A stretch of 62,913 nucleotides of DNA, filler included, from Lenisia limosa (Eukaryota > Protista > Breviatea): assembly GCA_001655205.1 (NCBI GenBank). It is 14 parts of 14 records of this genome, joined end to end, with 100 filler letters (N's around TTAATTAATTAA, not from the genome) between each part and the next. Parts side by side here need not be neighbours in the genome. Positions count along the whole stretch, not along the records: positions 60,851 to 62,913 come from LPNZ01002590.1; 13 more parts are not named here. One strand, written 5' to 3'. Within the stretch, counting starts at the first letter, position 1; the number at the start of each line of letters is the position of its first letter. Both the position numbers and the translations under genes were made by a program. This document shows positions 61,065 to 62,913 of this stretch, in pieces. Below the pieces are notes generated by a model that was given only the letters and a program-made list of their open reading frames with translations, was not told where the DNA came from and searched no databases.

Positions 61065-61473
61065 TGAGCACTACATGCTTGGCATCAGCCACACACATCT
61101 CATCATCTTGAAACCATCGTCAGTTTGGGCTGCTACGCGGCCGCACTACACGATTGAGCACGAGTTCACCTTTGCGGACTATCAGGTTGGGGGAGTGGGA
61201 GTGGGTTGATCTAAGGTTTGGATTAAAGTATAAAATAAATTCACCCAATCATTAGCCTGACAGCTCTGTGCAAAACAGCTTTCTGCGTACCTGATAATAG
61301 TGATGATGATGATGATGATGGTGGTGGTGGAGGAAGGTTTATATTTCCCTGATCTGTTTCTTGTTGGCATGTCTAGATTTTGATTTTTCCTTTAGTTTTG
61401 ATATATCCTTCAGATTTTCTCGCGTGGAGAAGATGATGATAAAAGCGAAGTTGTGATAACTTGCAGAAACCAG
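61065..61473 (+). CDS. Two exons, possible PH-like/FERM-C fold fragment
   Basis: EHYMLGISHTHLIILKPSS..HEFTFADYQ-IFSRGEDDDKSEVVITCRNQ; weak resemblance to the FERM-C LGI..G(I/L) pattern. Confidence 0.35.
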
Positions 61474-62495
61474 GTTAGTGGTTTTTCTTTCCTCCCAATG
61501 GTTCTTAAATTATAAATAATTTACCATATTTGGAAGTTTACTCTCTCAATATTTACCATATTAGGAAGTATGTTACGAATACACGATGTGGTGGCTAGAT
61601 GGGCGAAGAGCGGTGTCAATTATCAAGGATCATTCTCGACTTCGAAAGGTGGGTTCCACGGAGGCTTTGTCTGTTAAATAGCAATATCGAACTTAGAGGC
61701 TCGTTGGGCATTTATACTGTATATTGGTTTGTATAATCGTTTTTATTGTTGTTTTTATTGTTGTTTTTATTGTTGTTTTTGTGGTGGAGTTTGAAATATT
61801 GAATTTGTGTATCCAATAGTATTCACAGAGAGAGTTCCCTTAATCTACCCCCCACTCGTGTATGTTTTTGCTATTTTCAACCCTCGTATGTGTCGAATGT
61901 TAAGCCAATAGTAACGATTGTGGATTTTATTTTGTTTCATAGATTTCCAATTATTATCCCCCCCCCCCNNNNNNNNNNNNNNNNNNNNNNNNNNNNNNNN
62001 NNNNNNNNNNNNNNNNNNNNNNNNNNNNNNNNNNNNNNNNNNNNNNNNNNNNNNNNNNNNNNNNNNNNNNNNNNNNNNNNNNNNNNNNNNNNNNNNNNNN
62101 NNNNNNNNNNNNNNNNNNNNNNNNNNNNNNNNNNNNNNNNNNNNNNNNNNNNNNNNNNNNNNNNNNNNNNNNNNNNNNNNNNNNNNNNNNNNNGCCGAAG
62201 GAAGACATCGAAATCGTAAAGCAGTCGGAAGCATTGGAAGCGTAGGCCCGGGGTGGTACATATCGATATGAGGTTGGGGAGGGGATGGGAGTCTTGATTG
62301 AAGTGGATTTCCGCTCAACAGCAGTCGGCCAAGACTTCTATCAGTATCATGTTCAATTTTAGGCATGATAATAGTCATGAGTATAGATATACAGTATATG
62401 ATATATAGTATAGATATACAGTATATTCGCCATTATATGATAGGGTTAGGGTTAAGGTCTGGCCTTTATCGGCGTCATGCTTTTCATACATCATG

Positions 62496-62590
62496 AGGGC
62501 TTCCCTACAGTCCGAAAAAGACCGCCGAAATATCGATATTTATCGGGGATTTATCGAGAAATTCAGTCTTTTTTGGGACCGTAGGGAAGC
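62496..62590 (-). mobile_element. MITE family A, A2
   Basis: agggcttccctacagtccg..gggaccgtagggaagc. Confidence 0.9.
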
Positions 62591-62913
62591 AAAATATCAT
62601 ATTTCGGATATCAAAATTATCCTGAATGCGTTACTAAGTGTAAAAAGGGAATGCTGACATTTTAGTCTCGGCCTCGGCACCATGACTACTTCCAAATCCT
62701 CGAAAGCTCTAGGACAGCAGCAGCCGCAGACAATACAGCAATCGTGGGGGGAGGGGCTTCGGTTCTCACATAGTATTTTTGCTTCATGAAGCCGAATCGA
62801 AGTGTTATTCATAAATTACGATATTTCCCCTCTAACTCCCATCAACAGATATGTTACTCAGTCAAATGGCCTTCCTCCCCCTATAGCCCCCGCCCCTCAA
62901 ACAGCCTACACAT

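Noticed and set aside
62442-62458. Telomeric TTAGGG repeat
   Set aside because: Only about two units, internal, no array.

Overview
Eukaryotic, intron-rich (GT-AG) protist-like draft sequence; the species cannot be named from the window. It is 14 contigs joined by 13 artificial 100-bp linkers (44 N + TTAATTAATTAA + 44 N), so adjacency across linkers is not synteny; other N runs look like hard masking. Splicing exons by hand gives: a multipass membrane protein with a degenerate class III cyclase domain, a Cys-rich repeat surface protein, a damaged RecQ-like helicase, a CHFR-like RING E3, a REJ-domain fragment, eIF4G, alpha-actinin, a kinesin-3-like motor, a U-box protein and a small Sld2/RecQL4-N-like protein. 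Introns are crowded with at least five short dispersed repeat families (my labels A-E). A, D and E are TA-flanked MITE-like palindromes. B is a hairpin-rich element without TIRs. The most striking is C (~145 bp): in every host gene of known orientation it is in sense, and in at least seven introns of four genes its 3' end is the intron acceptor (..CCCCAG or TAG), i.e. an introner-like or splice-site-capturing element. Several tandem microduplications are phased on splice sites. Exon coordinates are hand-derived and may be off by a few bases.
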